A DNA stretch of 64,000 nt. Origin: an uncultured Alphaproteobacteria bacterium (GTDB lineage: Bacteria > Pseudomonadota > Alphaproteobacteria > Rhodospirillales > Defluviicoccaceae). Shown here in pieces: positions 56,748 to 64,000 of this stretch. Under the pieces are notes generated by a model that did no database searches, had not been told where the DNA came from, and worked only from the letters and a program-made list of their open reading frames with translations. The stretch is taken from contig CAWDWD010000018.1 in assembly GCA_963805915.1 (NCBI GenBank), positions 17,737 to 81,736 on the forward strand. Direction: 5' to 3'. A program made the translations under genes and the position numbers. How positions within the stretch are numbered: the stretch's first letter is position 1; each line of letters opens with the position of its first letter.

Positions 56748-57380
56748 ATGCTGCAGCACGCGGAAATTTGGCGGGCTATTGATCTTCTCGCCAACCGGCG
56801 AGGTATGTCCCCTTCGGGGCTTGCGAAGCGCGCCGGCCTTGATCCAACCACCTTCAACAAAAGCAAAAGAATAACCAAGGATGGAAAGTTTCGCTGGCCG
56901 AGCACCGAGAGCATTTCGAAGATCTTGCACGCAAGCGGCGCGACGCTTGGCGAGTTCATGTCACTCGTGGATGAAGGCATAAGTTCGACCGTTTACCAGA
57001 AACTGCCGTTAATCGGTTTTGCTCAGGCTGGTAACGAGGGATACTTTGATGATGCCGGCTATCCGGCCGGGTCGGGGTGGGACGAAATCCTTTTTCCGGA
57101 TTCCAACGATCCGCATGCCTACGCCATTGAAATCAGCGGCGACAGCATGGAGCCGCTCTATCGTGACGGTGACGTCGTTATCGTTTCGCCGCAAGCCAAC
57201 CTCCGGCGTGGCGATCGGGTGATCCTTAAGACCCGCGACGGCGAGGTCCTGGCAAAGCTCCTGCGTCGGCGCACGGCTCATAAAATTGAGCTCCACTCAC
57301 TCAATCCGGCGCACGAGGATCGCTCCATCTCGGTGGAGAACGTCGAGTGGATTGCCCGCATCACCTGGGCCAGCCAGTGA
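56748..57380 (+). CDS. HTH (XRE/CI-type) + S24 peptidase autocleavable repressor
   Basis: N-terminal HTH (MSPSGLAKRAGLDPTTFNKSK). C-terminal S24 domain with catalytic-type Ser (EISGDSMEP) and Lys (RDGEVLAKLL). Confidence 0.85.
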   Translation: MLQHAEIWRAIDLLANRRGMSPSGLAKRAGLDPTTFNKSKRITKDGKFRWPSTESISKILHASGATLGEFMSLVDEGISSTVYQKLPLIGFAQAGNEGYFDDAGYPAGSGWDEILFPDSNDPHAYAIEISGDSMEPLYRDGDVVIVSPQANLRRGDRVILKTRDGEVLAKLLRRRTAHKIELHSLNPAHEDRSISVENVEWIARITWASQ

Positions 57381-57434
57381 CGATCGCATTCGCCAAGGAG
57401 ACGCGCGCTCCCGCCGATCGCGCTTGACAGTCAA

Positions 57435-57452
57435 ATAAGAATATATTCTTAT
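57435..57452. repeat. perfect 18-bp AT-rich palindrome
   Basis: ATAAGAATATATTCTTAT lies 55 nt after the repressor stop. TTGACA sits at 57424-57429. Confidence 0.8.
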
Positions 57453-57457
57453 GAAGG

Positions 57458-57847
57458 ATGCCTGTCGCGCGTCATCCCCTTTTTCCGCCCGTCATCGCGC
57501 GCGTAGACTTCTTGTTCGCCCGCTTCGACGGCCCCGTACCATCGCGCGTCTTGGCCGCGGCCGTCATCGGCGAGTCGCTCGCTATTTCACAGCGACATGC
57601 ATATAGCGGCGAGATCGATCGTTCGGCGTGCGATCTTGTAAAATCCATTTCGGCTGTACGCGGCCGCATGTCGAGGGCCGCGCGAAATACCTGCGTCAAG
57701 CTACCGCAACTTGATGAGCTTGTGCGCTGCCTTAGTTACTATCGTGATCTTGGGGTGAGCTTGACGGCATGTAGCCAAGCGGTGCCGGCTTTTAAAGCAA
57801 ACGGCCCTGGTCGCCGCGCGGCGCCGGCGCCGCCCGCGTTTTCGTAG
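57458..57847 (+). CDS. hypothetical ORF (doubtful)
   Basis: 129-aa ORF with no convincing RBS. Its 3' end overlaps the convergent xseA 3' end. Confidence 0.3.
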   Translation: MPVARHPLFPPVIARVDFLFARFDGPVPSRVLAAAVIGESLAISQRHAYSGEIDRSACDLVKSISAVRGRMSRAARNTCVKLPQLDELVRCLSYYRDLGVSLTACSQAVPAFKANGPGRRAAPAPPAFS

Positions 57848-59193
57848 CACCTCCCGACTTGGCCTTGACATCCACCGCTGCCTCACCGTCGACAAAGCGA
57901 AGATTAAGACGGTCACCGGGCGCGACAGCGTCAACTGTTGACACAGTGCGACCGCTCTTGGCGTAAGCCAGAATGAATCCACGCCGCAGCGTCCGCTGGT
58001 ACGAGCAACCCTCGATCAGGTCAGCGGCGCGCAGCAGTTGTTGCGATCGCTCGCGAACCATCCCATCGACAACGGAGCGCAGAAGACGGGACTCGGCGGC
58101 CACGCGGCCACGCTCGCGCTCAAGACGCTGGCCCGGACGGACCAGGCGCGCAGACTCCCGATGGACGAGGCCGCTCAGTCGGTTGAGGAACGCAACGAAG
58201 CTCAGCATCAGCCGCTCGGCGCGCTCGTCGAGACGCTGGCAGGTTCGCGCCGAGCAGATGCAATGGCTTCGGCAACCCCCTGGATAAACCCTCGATCCGC
58301 TCGCGGCGCTCGGCCGTCACCCGTAGAATGGCGTTGGCCAGACGCGTGTCGGCGCCGCGGACGTAGGTTAGCAATTGGATACGCACGGGAACCGCGATTT
58401 CGGCGGCCGCGCTCGGCGTCGGCGCTCGGCGATCGGCGGCGAAATCAATCAGAGTTGTATCGGTCTCGTGTCCGACCGCGGAAATAATGGGAATAGCGCT
58501 CCCGGCGGCGGCGCGGACAACGTTTTCCTCGTTGAAGGCCCACAGGTCTTCGAGGCTGCCGCCGCCGCGCGCGACGATGAGTAGATCGGGGCGCGGCGTC
58601 GACCCGCCGTCGGGCAGCCGGTTGAAGCCTTGGATGGCGGCGGCGATCTGCTCGGCGGCGCCCTGGCCCTGAACCTGAACCGGCCAAAGCAGAACGCGGC
58701 GCGGAAAGCGCTCTGCGAACCGGTGCAGGATATCTCGAAGAACGGCTCCCGTCGGCGAGGTGACGATGCCCACCAACCCCGGCAGGAACGGGAGCTTCCG
58801 CTTGCGGCTCTCGTCGAACAGCCCTTCGGCGGCCAACATCTTGCGACGGTCATCGAGCAGCTTGAGCAAAGCGCCCTGTCCCGCCAGTTCGATCGTCTCA
58901 ATCACGATCTGATATCTCGACCGGCTCGGAAAGGTCGTCAATCGCCCGCGCGCGATGACGTCCATGCCATCGGCGGGTCTGATCGCGAGTCGTGGGACGG
59001 AAATCCGCCAACACACCGCGTCGAGGACAGCGTCGGCGTCCTTCAAGGCAAAGTACATATGCCCTGAGGCTGCCTGCTTGAACCCGGAGATCTCGCCGCG
59101 AACCCGAATCTCGCCAAAGCCCTTCTCGACGTAATGCTTCAACGCCAAGGATAATGCCGAGACGGTCAGTATGGGCGGGTTGTTAACGGGCAT
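57792..59193 (-). pseudogene. xseA: exodeoxyribonuclease VII large subunit, reading frame broken once near 58238
   Basis: ORF 58120..59277 carries the N-terminal OB fold and catalytic region ([15 protein letters not shown]...VRGEISGF...SAVGHETD). ORF 57792..58208 carries the C-terminal part (SYQRTLRRGFILAY...LNLRFVDGEA). Confidence 0.8.
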
Positions 59194-59238
59194 CTCGGTG
59201 ATAGGATTGATGCGCATGCGGTGGGAGGGGACTTTTTC

Positions 59239-60513
59239 ATGAACGTGTTGGTCGTTGGCTCGGGTGGACGCGAGCACGCACTATGCTGGGCTATCGCCAA
59301 GTCCCCGCAGTGCGGGAAACTTTACTGCGCTCCCGGCAATGCCGGTATTGCCAGTGTCGCCGAGTGTATCCCCATCGCTCCCGGGCAGTTGAAGGAAATC
59401 GTCGATTTCGCCGTGACGCATTCGGTCGGTCTCGTCGTTATCGGTCCCGAGGCGCCGCTTGTCGCTGGTCTTACCGATCTGTGCGAGGCCTCGGGCCTGA
59501 CCGTGTTCGGTCCGTCCGCGCGGGCGGCAATTATCGAGGGCTCAAAAGGTTTTATGAAAGACCTGTGCGCGCGTTACGACATTCCTAGCGCGGCCTATGG
59601 ACGCTTCAATGAGCCCGAAGCCGCAAAGGAATTCATCCACCGTCACGGCGCGCCCATCGTCGTAAAAGCCGACGGTCTTGCCGCCGGCAAGGGCGTCATC
59701 ATCTGCCATAACGAAAACGAGGCTTTTGCCGCCGTAGACCATATCATGGTCGAAAGCGCCTACGGTGACGCCGGCGCGGAGGTCGTGATCGAAGAATTTC
59801 TCAAAGGCGAGGAAGCGAGTGTTTTTGTCCTTACCGACGGCGACACCATCGTGCCACTGGCCTCAGCCCAAGATCACAAGGCGGCGCACGACGGCGACGA
59901 AGGCCCCAACACCGGCGGCATGGGCGCCTACTCACCGGCTCTCGTGCTTGACGAGCCGTATACGCAAACCGTCATGGATCAGATCGTGCGGCCCGTAATC
60001 GACGCGATGAACGCCGAAGATCGGCGTTACAATGGCGTTCTCTACGCCGGCATCATGATTACGGCGGACGGGCCGAAAGTTCTGGAGTTCAACGCCCGGT
60101 TTGGCGATCCGGAGTGCCAGCCGCTGCTGATGCTGCTCAAATCCGACCTTCTCGAAGTGCTGCTCGCCTGCGCGCAAGGCCGCCTGCGCGAGGTCGAACT
60201 TGAGTGGCACGATGACGCGGCACTTGTGGTCGTCTTGGCGACGCGCGGCTATCCCGGATACTTCGCACCCGGCTCCGAGATCCGGGGGCTGGACGATGCC
60301 GCGGCGGTGGACGGCGTATGCGTTTTTCACGCAGCCACGGCTCGAGAAAACGGTCGTGTCGTCGCGACCGGTGGCCGCGTTCTGGGCGTGACTGCGCGGG
60401 CGCATACGGTCGAAGCCGCGCAGAAGCTCGCTTATCGCGCCGTCGACTTGATCGACTGGCCTGAGGGGTTTTGCCGCCGCGACATTGGCTGGCGCGCCTT
60501 TGCCCGATCGTAG
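59239..60513 (+). CDS. purD: phosphoribosylamine--glycine ligase
   Basis: [23 protein letters not shown]... plus ATP-grasp motifs. Confidence 0.9.
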   Translation: MNVLVVGSGGREHALCWAIAKSPQCGKLYCAPGNAGIASVAECIPIAPGQLKEIVDFAVTHSVGLVVIGPEAPLVAGLTDLCEASGLTVFGPSARAAIIEGSKGFMKDLCARYDIPSAAYGRFNEPEAAKEFIHRHGAPIVVKADGLAAGKGVIICHNENEAFAAVDHIMVESAYGDAGAEVVIEEFLKGEEASVFVLTDGDTIVPLASAQDHKAAHDGDEGPNTGGMGAYSPALVLDEPYTQTVMDQIVRPVIDAMNAEDRRYNGVLYAGIMITADGPKVLEFNARFGDPECQPLLMLLKSDLLEVLLACAQGRLREVELEWHDDAALVVVLATRGYPGYFAPGSEIRGLDDAAAVDGVCVFHAATARENGRVVATGGRVLGVTARAHTVEAAQKLAYRAVDLIDWPEGFCRRDIGWRAFARS

Positions 60514-60519
60514 TCCCGA

Positions 60520-60972
60520 TCAAGGCCGCCGGGCATGAAAGAACTCCCGCATCATCTGCTCGCCCGCTAACTGGGCGATCCCTCCGTAGACCTCGGGTCG
60601 ATGGTGGCAGGTTCGTTGGACGAAAAACCGCGGACCATGCTCGACCCCGCCCCCCTTGGGATCGTACGCGCCAAAGTAGACGCGCCTGATGCGGGCAAAC
60701 GAAATTGCGGCGGCGCACATTAAGCACGGCTCAAGAGTCACGTACACATCAAATCCCACCAGCCGCGGCGTCAAACGCCGCCGGGCGGCGTCGCGCAAGG
60801 CCAGCACTTCGGCGTGCGCCGTTGGATCGTTCAACTCCTCGGTGCGGTTGCCCGCGGCGGCCAGCACGATCGTGGACGCCGGATCAACGATCACCGCGCC
60901 AACCGGGACCTCGCCGCGTTTCATTGCCAGCCGCGCCTCATCGAGCGCAATTTGCATATAGTTGCGCGCCAT
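60520..60972 (-). CDS. tadA: tRNA adenosine(34) deaminase
   Basis: HAEVLALRDA and TLEPCLMCAAAI zinc-binding CDA motifs. Start placed at the internal ATG (MARNYMQIALDEA). Confidence 0.88.
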   Translation of the reverse strand: MARNYMQIALDEARLAMKRGEVPVGAVIVDPASTIVLAAAGNRTEELNDPTAHAEVLALRDAARRRLTPRLVGFDVYVTLEPCLMCAAAISFARIRRVYFGAYDPKGGGVEHGPRFFVQRTCHHRPEVYGGIAQLAGEQMMREFFHARRP

Positions 60973-61055
60973 GCCCGCACCGGGGATCGCGCACTGGCCT
61001 CCTTCAACCAAGCGTCAACCCGCTCCATTGAAAGCCCATGTTTGCGGTCGGCGGA

Positions 61056-61622
61056 TTACGACTGCTGCCTGACCTCGGCTTGCCAGCGCAGAACCGTTTC
61101 GCGCAGGGATTCAAACTGCTCGCCCACGTGCTCACCGAACAACGGATCTTCCTGATCGACCATCCGTGCGTCGAGCTCGGCCCAATCCTCCGGCGATAGA
61201 ATTTTCAGTGCCGCAGGAAAGAAATCACGCTCTTCCATTTCAATGTGCTTGAGCTGGAGATCGATGAACCTATGGGCCCATCGCTTGAATGACTCGCGCG
61301 GGACCTGGGCTTCGTCGAGCACAGCGCGCACCCCGGCGGCAAGTTCTCGGCTGCGCGCGCCGAGTTCCTCGTGCTCGACCTGAATATCGCCAATTCTCTC
61401 GGCGGTCGCAGGATCGCGCTCGCGCAATCTGGCGTAGATCAGATTTTCTTTGGGATGATGGTAGAGGTCGGGATAGCCCAAAAAATAGTCGATGACACTC
61501 TCGATAATGTCGTAGTCGGGCGAGCCGGCTTCCTCGAACTCCTTGACGTGCCATTCCAGCGTCTTGATGAGGGTGATGATATTGGCATGCTCCCGGCGAA
61601 GCGCGTTAATGATATCGGCCAT
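61056..61622 (-). CDS. hemerythrin HHE cation-binding domain protein
   Basis: 188 aa. RREHANI...HHPKEN...VEHEELG...KHIEMEERDFFP. Confidence 0.7.
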   Translation of the reverse strand: MADIINALRREHANIITLIKTLEWHVKEFEEAGSPDYDIIESVIDYFLGYPDLYHHPKENLIYARLRERDPATAERIGDIQVEHEELGARSRELAAGVRAVLDEAQVPRESFKRWAHRFIDLQLKHIEMEERDFFPAALKILSPEDWAELDARMVDQEDPLFGEHVGEQFESLRETVLRWQAEVRQQS

Positions 61623-62089
61623 GTTCTATTCCTTGTCCCGGCACCTCAGCCCGCCCACCGTAGCGCTTCCCGCCGCCGCGCGCACTGTCGGCCTAGCACA
61701 AGCTCGTTAAGGTTTCTACGGTTTTCAGGCAAGACATGTGCCAGCGCCGGAAGAACAAAATGAACAAATTGGAAAGCGGAGGAGTGCGGCACGAACCAGC
61801 GATGCGAAGCTTCGAATGGGAGGCCGCATGCCTTGGCCATGACGAAACGTTGCGCTACATTCCGGCGTGCATATTCCGATCCAGGAGCGGTCTCTGCCCG
61901 CCTCTGAGCCGGGCAATTCTCCCAACAGGGGCGGTGCGTTCCCCACTGGTAAGCCTGAACGGCGATGGTAAATGAATGTCAGATGGCGGCGCTGAAAGCT
62001 TTCGTTACCGCACGACACGGGTCGTAACAGTGCTCGGACGCTTGGCGTTCATCGCCGGCGTCACGGTGGTCACGGTACTCTGAGGCTTG

Positions 62090-62386
62090 ATGCCGGCGGA
62101 CATGCTTCCGCCTGTCCCAATATGGGATAAGCTCGCCCATTTCGTGGCGTACGGAATGCTCGCGACAGCCGGCGGTATCGGTTATCCTGAACGCCGTGCG
62201 CGACTTGCAATCGTTCTTTTCCTCCTCGCACTCGGCATCGGTATAGAGTTCGCCCAGAGCTTGGTTCCCGGTCGTGACGGTAGCCCCATGGACATGGTCG
62301 CCAACTTTACCGGAGTCCTGATCGGCATTTCCGCAGCAACGCTGTTGTCCGCCGTACTGCCCCGCGCGCGCATTGCCAAAGCTTGA
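62090..62386 (+). CDS. VanZ-family membrane protein (N-terminal TM lies upstream of an in-frame TGA)
   Basis: PIWDKLAHFVAYGML...GIEFAQSLVPGRDGSPMDMVAN is typical of VanZ. See the finding on the in-frame stop at 62081. Confidence 0.65.
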   Translation: MPADMLPPVPIWDKLAHFVAYGMLATAGGIGYPERRARLAIVLFLLALGIGIEFAQSLVPGRDGSPMDMVANFTGVLIGISAATLLSAVLPRARIAKA

Positions 62387-62511
62387 CCGGCTTTGCGGTA
62401 GTTGTCGTATCACTTCCGAGCCCGTGCTCCGCTACTTGGCTGAACACGGGCTCGGATTTGGCGTTACGACTTATGGACGTTTGTCACCGGCGCCGAGCGC
62501 CGGCCGTGTGC

Positions 62512-62700
62512 TTAGAAGCTCCAGGGATCACAAGGAGCAAGCAGCGGCGCGTCGGCTTCATCACCCAACTCAAAGATGTCTGACGCCGGGCGCTCGCCGA
62601 CGACACCATCGGATGCCCGGGACATGAACGAATCCGGGACCACTGCGTAAAATACAGGGTCGACAGGCCCGCTCTCCATGCTGTAGAAAAGTATGTTCAA
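62512..62700 (-). CDS. small hypothetical ORF
   Basis: 62 aa with a TTG start and GAAGGAG 9 nt upstream. No family is recognised. Confidence 0.3.
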   Translation of the reverse strand: MNILFYSMESGPVDPVFYAVVPDSFMSRASDGVVGERPASDIFELGDEADAPLLAPCDPWSF

Positions 62701-62843
62701 GTTTCGATACTCCTTCAGCTATTCTACTGTTCGAAAGTTGGAGCAAACCGGGGTGATGGCGTCGCCCCGGCTTGTTCGCGATCGCCATTTGGCCAGCCAC
62801 ACCCCTAAAGTCAAGCGAGCCCGTTACGACAGTGGCTCTGGCA

Positions 62844-62852
62844 CCCCCCCCC
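62844..62852. repeat. C9 homopolymer tract in apparently non-coding DNA
   Basis: Nine consecutive C residues counted directly in the sequence. Confidence 0.9.
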
Positions 62853-63180
62853 GCCCGTCGTCTTCCAGCGCTGCCGCCTCGCAAGGAAGGTAGCTTATTC
62901 AACGCGATAGAACTCCTTTTCGATTTCGTTCCGACCCTCTTACCGTTAGAATGCAGGCCGGCGGACGGGCTCTCGTGTGACAAGTTTGCCACCAGCCCGC
63001 TGGTCACCTGCCATTTCAGCAAGATATATGCCACCCGCTGGCATCCACGATGATCGTAAGGCGCGTGGCGCCTTCGCGTCTCGAGGCCGCGGACGCCGGT
63101 AACTTAACACGGCAGGTTCGTGACCCGCCGTCGCAAACCGGACAATCGAACAAGGCGTGCTTGCCGCCGGCTCCCTGGGG

Positions 63181-64000
63181 CTAAAGAAACAAAAAGCTCA
63201 GCCCAATGACCGCGCCGGACCAGATGAGGGCGACCGTGCAGTAACCCATGATGTCGCGGATGCCGAGGCCGGCAATGGCCAGCAGCGGCAATGCCCAGAA
63301 TGGCTGGATCATGTTGGTCCAGGCATCGCCGAACGCGATCGCCATTGCCGCGCGGGCCGCGGGTACCCCGAGCGCCTCCGCCGCCGGCATGACGATCGGC
63401 CCCTGGACGGCCCATTGGCCGCCGCCCGAGGGTACGAAGATGTTGACTACGCCGGCACTCACAAAGGCGAACAACGGGAATGTTTGCGCCGTCGAGATGT
63501 CGACGAACCATTGCGAGATCGAAGCCGCTAGCCCCGACTTCACCATCATCCCCATAATCCCGGCGTAAAGCGGAAACTGCAGGACGATACCGCCGGCGCC
63601 CCGGATCGCCTGGTTCAGCGCGCTCAGATAGTTGGCCGGCGTCCAATGCAGAAGGACACCGAGGATCAGGAAGATGAAGTTGACGCTGTCGAGACCCAAC
63701 GTGCCGCCCCCGACGAAGAAGTACGCGAGATAGGCGACGCCCATCGCGCCGAGAACGAGAGACAGCAGCGGGCTGTTTTCGAGCCGTTCGGCCGGCGTGT
63801 GGACAACCGGATCGGGAGCCGCCTTGCCGTGTTCGGCGACGAGGTCGCGGTCGATCTCGATGACATGCTCGGCTTTCGGGTGCATCGCCCGGTTGAGCAG
63901 CGGCAACGTGACGAAAAGCACAAGCACCGGGATCAACGTTGGCCAACTGAAAATCGTCTCGCCCACCGGGATGGCCACGCCGCCGGTCAGCTTGGCCAGG
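63181..64000 (-). CDS. atoE: short-chain fatty acid transporter (AtoE-like), N-terminus beyond window edge
   Basis: Polytopic protein (FVPSGGGQWAVQGPIVMPAAEALG...AFGDAWTNMIQPFWALP). The frame stays open upstream of the ORF-track start to position 64000. Confidence 0.6.
   Translation of the reverse strand, partial: LAKLTGGVAIPVGETIFSWPTLIPVLVLFVTLPLLNRAMHPKAEHVIEIDRDLVAEHGKAAPDPVVHTPAERLENSPLLSLVLGAMGVAYLAYFFVGGGTLGLDSVNFIFLILGVLLHWTPANYLSALNQAIRGAGGIVLQFPLYAGIMGMMVKSGLAASISQWFVDISTAQTFPLFAFVSAGVVNIFVPSGGGQWAVQGPIVMPAAEALGVPAARAAMAIAFGDAWTNMIQPFWALPLLAIAGLGIRDIMGYCTVALIWSGAVIGLSFLFL

Larger units (their letters stand above)
44970..57380 (-). mobile_element. T7-like late-gene-only phage-derived module (defective prophage / GTA-like locus) with its divergent S24 repressor
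   Basis: The minus-strand gene order is portal, scaffold, capsid, tail tubular A, tail tubular B, small ORFs, holin-like, lipoprotein, TerL. This is colinear with T7 genes 8-12 and 17.5-19. GC content is lower than in the flanks. Confidence 0.75.

Noticed and set aside
40678-57460. Integrase, tRNA target or direct-repeat att sites bounding the low-GC island
   Set aside because: I recognised no integrase/recombinase ORF and no tRNA-like T-arm. I also found no matching direct repeats at the two ends by eye. Only the dissimilar-length AT palindromes were seen, and they are reported separately.
62081-62083. In-frame TGA in the VanZ-like gene as selenocysteine
   Set aside because: There is no SECIS-like hairpin immediately downstream. 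VanZ is not a known selenoprotein family. A nonsense mutation or base error is far more likely.
63101-63135. tRNA/tmRNA-like T-arm (GGCAGGTTCGTGACCCGCC)
   Set aside because: The flanking bases do not form the required 5-bp T-stem. No acceptor stem or CCA context is present.
1-64000. CRISPR arrays, rRNA or tRNA genes
   Set aside because: I noticed no regularly spaced direct repeats and no rRNA- or tRNA-like sequences while reading both strands.

Overview
Visibly GC-rich chromosomal segment. The gene content looks alphaproteobacterial: GcrA-like and MmcB-like proteins and a GAAC-N7-GAAC SOS box. All calls come from reading the supplied translations and the DNA by eye, with no searches run.

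**Layout**
- 1-16.2 kb: housekeeping and nitrogen genes. These are bcp (cut by the window edge), glnE, an AsmA-like giant protein, hemerythrin, tyrS, anmK, sugE, a ygiB/ygiC-like pair, and a glutaminase-MFS-asparaginase trio.
- 16.3-29.4 kb: an apparently complete early-cobalt-insertion (anaerobic-type) corrin-ring locus. It holds cbiX, an N-terminally extended cobH, cobL, a cobI-cbiG-cobJ triple fusion, cobM, cobK, cbiD and cobB. A HepT/MntA toxin-antitoxin pair and a TauE-like/Sco pair interrupt it.
- 29.4-40.7 kb: mixed genes (ycgN, a DapA-family gene, M48 peptidase, mmcB, yjbQ, hemerythrin, a PAS histidine kinase, an orphan ParA-like ATPase, glycerate 2-kinase, a GntP permease).
- 40.8-57.4 kb: a lower-GC accessory island. 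It carries two secreted malectin-domain proteins and a compact gene set colinear with the phage T7 late region.
- 57.4-64 kb: xseA, purD, tadA, hemerythrin, a VanZ-like gene, an apparently non-coding stretch, and an atoE-like transporter cut by the window edge.

**Most interesting feature**
The T7-like module encodes portal, scaffold, capsid, tail tubular A and B, a holin-like protein, a lipoprotein and the large terminase. It has no replication, transcription, integration, internal-core or tail-fibre genes. It sits opposite an S24 (CI/LexA-type) repressor, behind a promoter with an alphaproteobacterial SOS box. It could be a domesticated GTA-like particle locus, a satellite, or a decayed prophage.

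**Main caveat**
At least eight reading-frame breaks occur in anmK, cobL (four), the DapA-family gene, xseA and the tail tubular B gene. Each is repaired by deleting one base, mostly in GGG/CCC runs. Pseudogene calls may therefore be assembly insertion errors rather than biology.

No rRNA, tRNA or CRISPR array was recognised.
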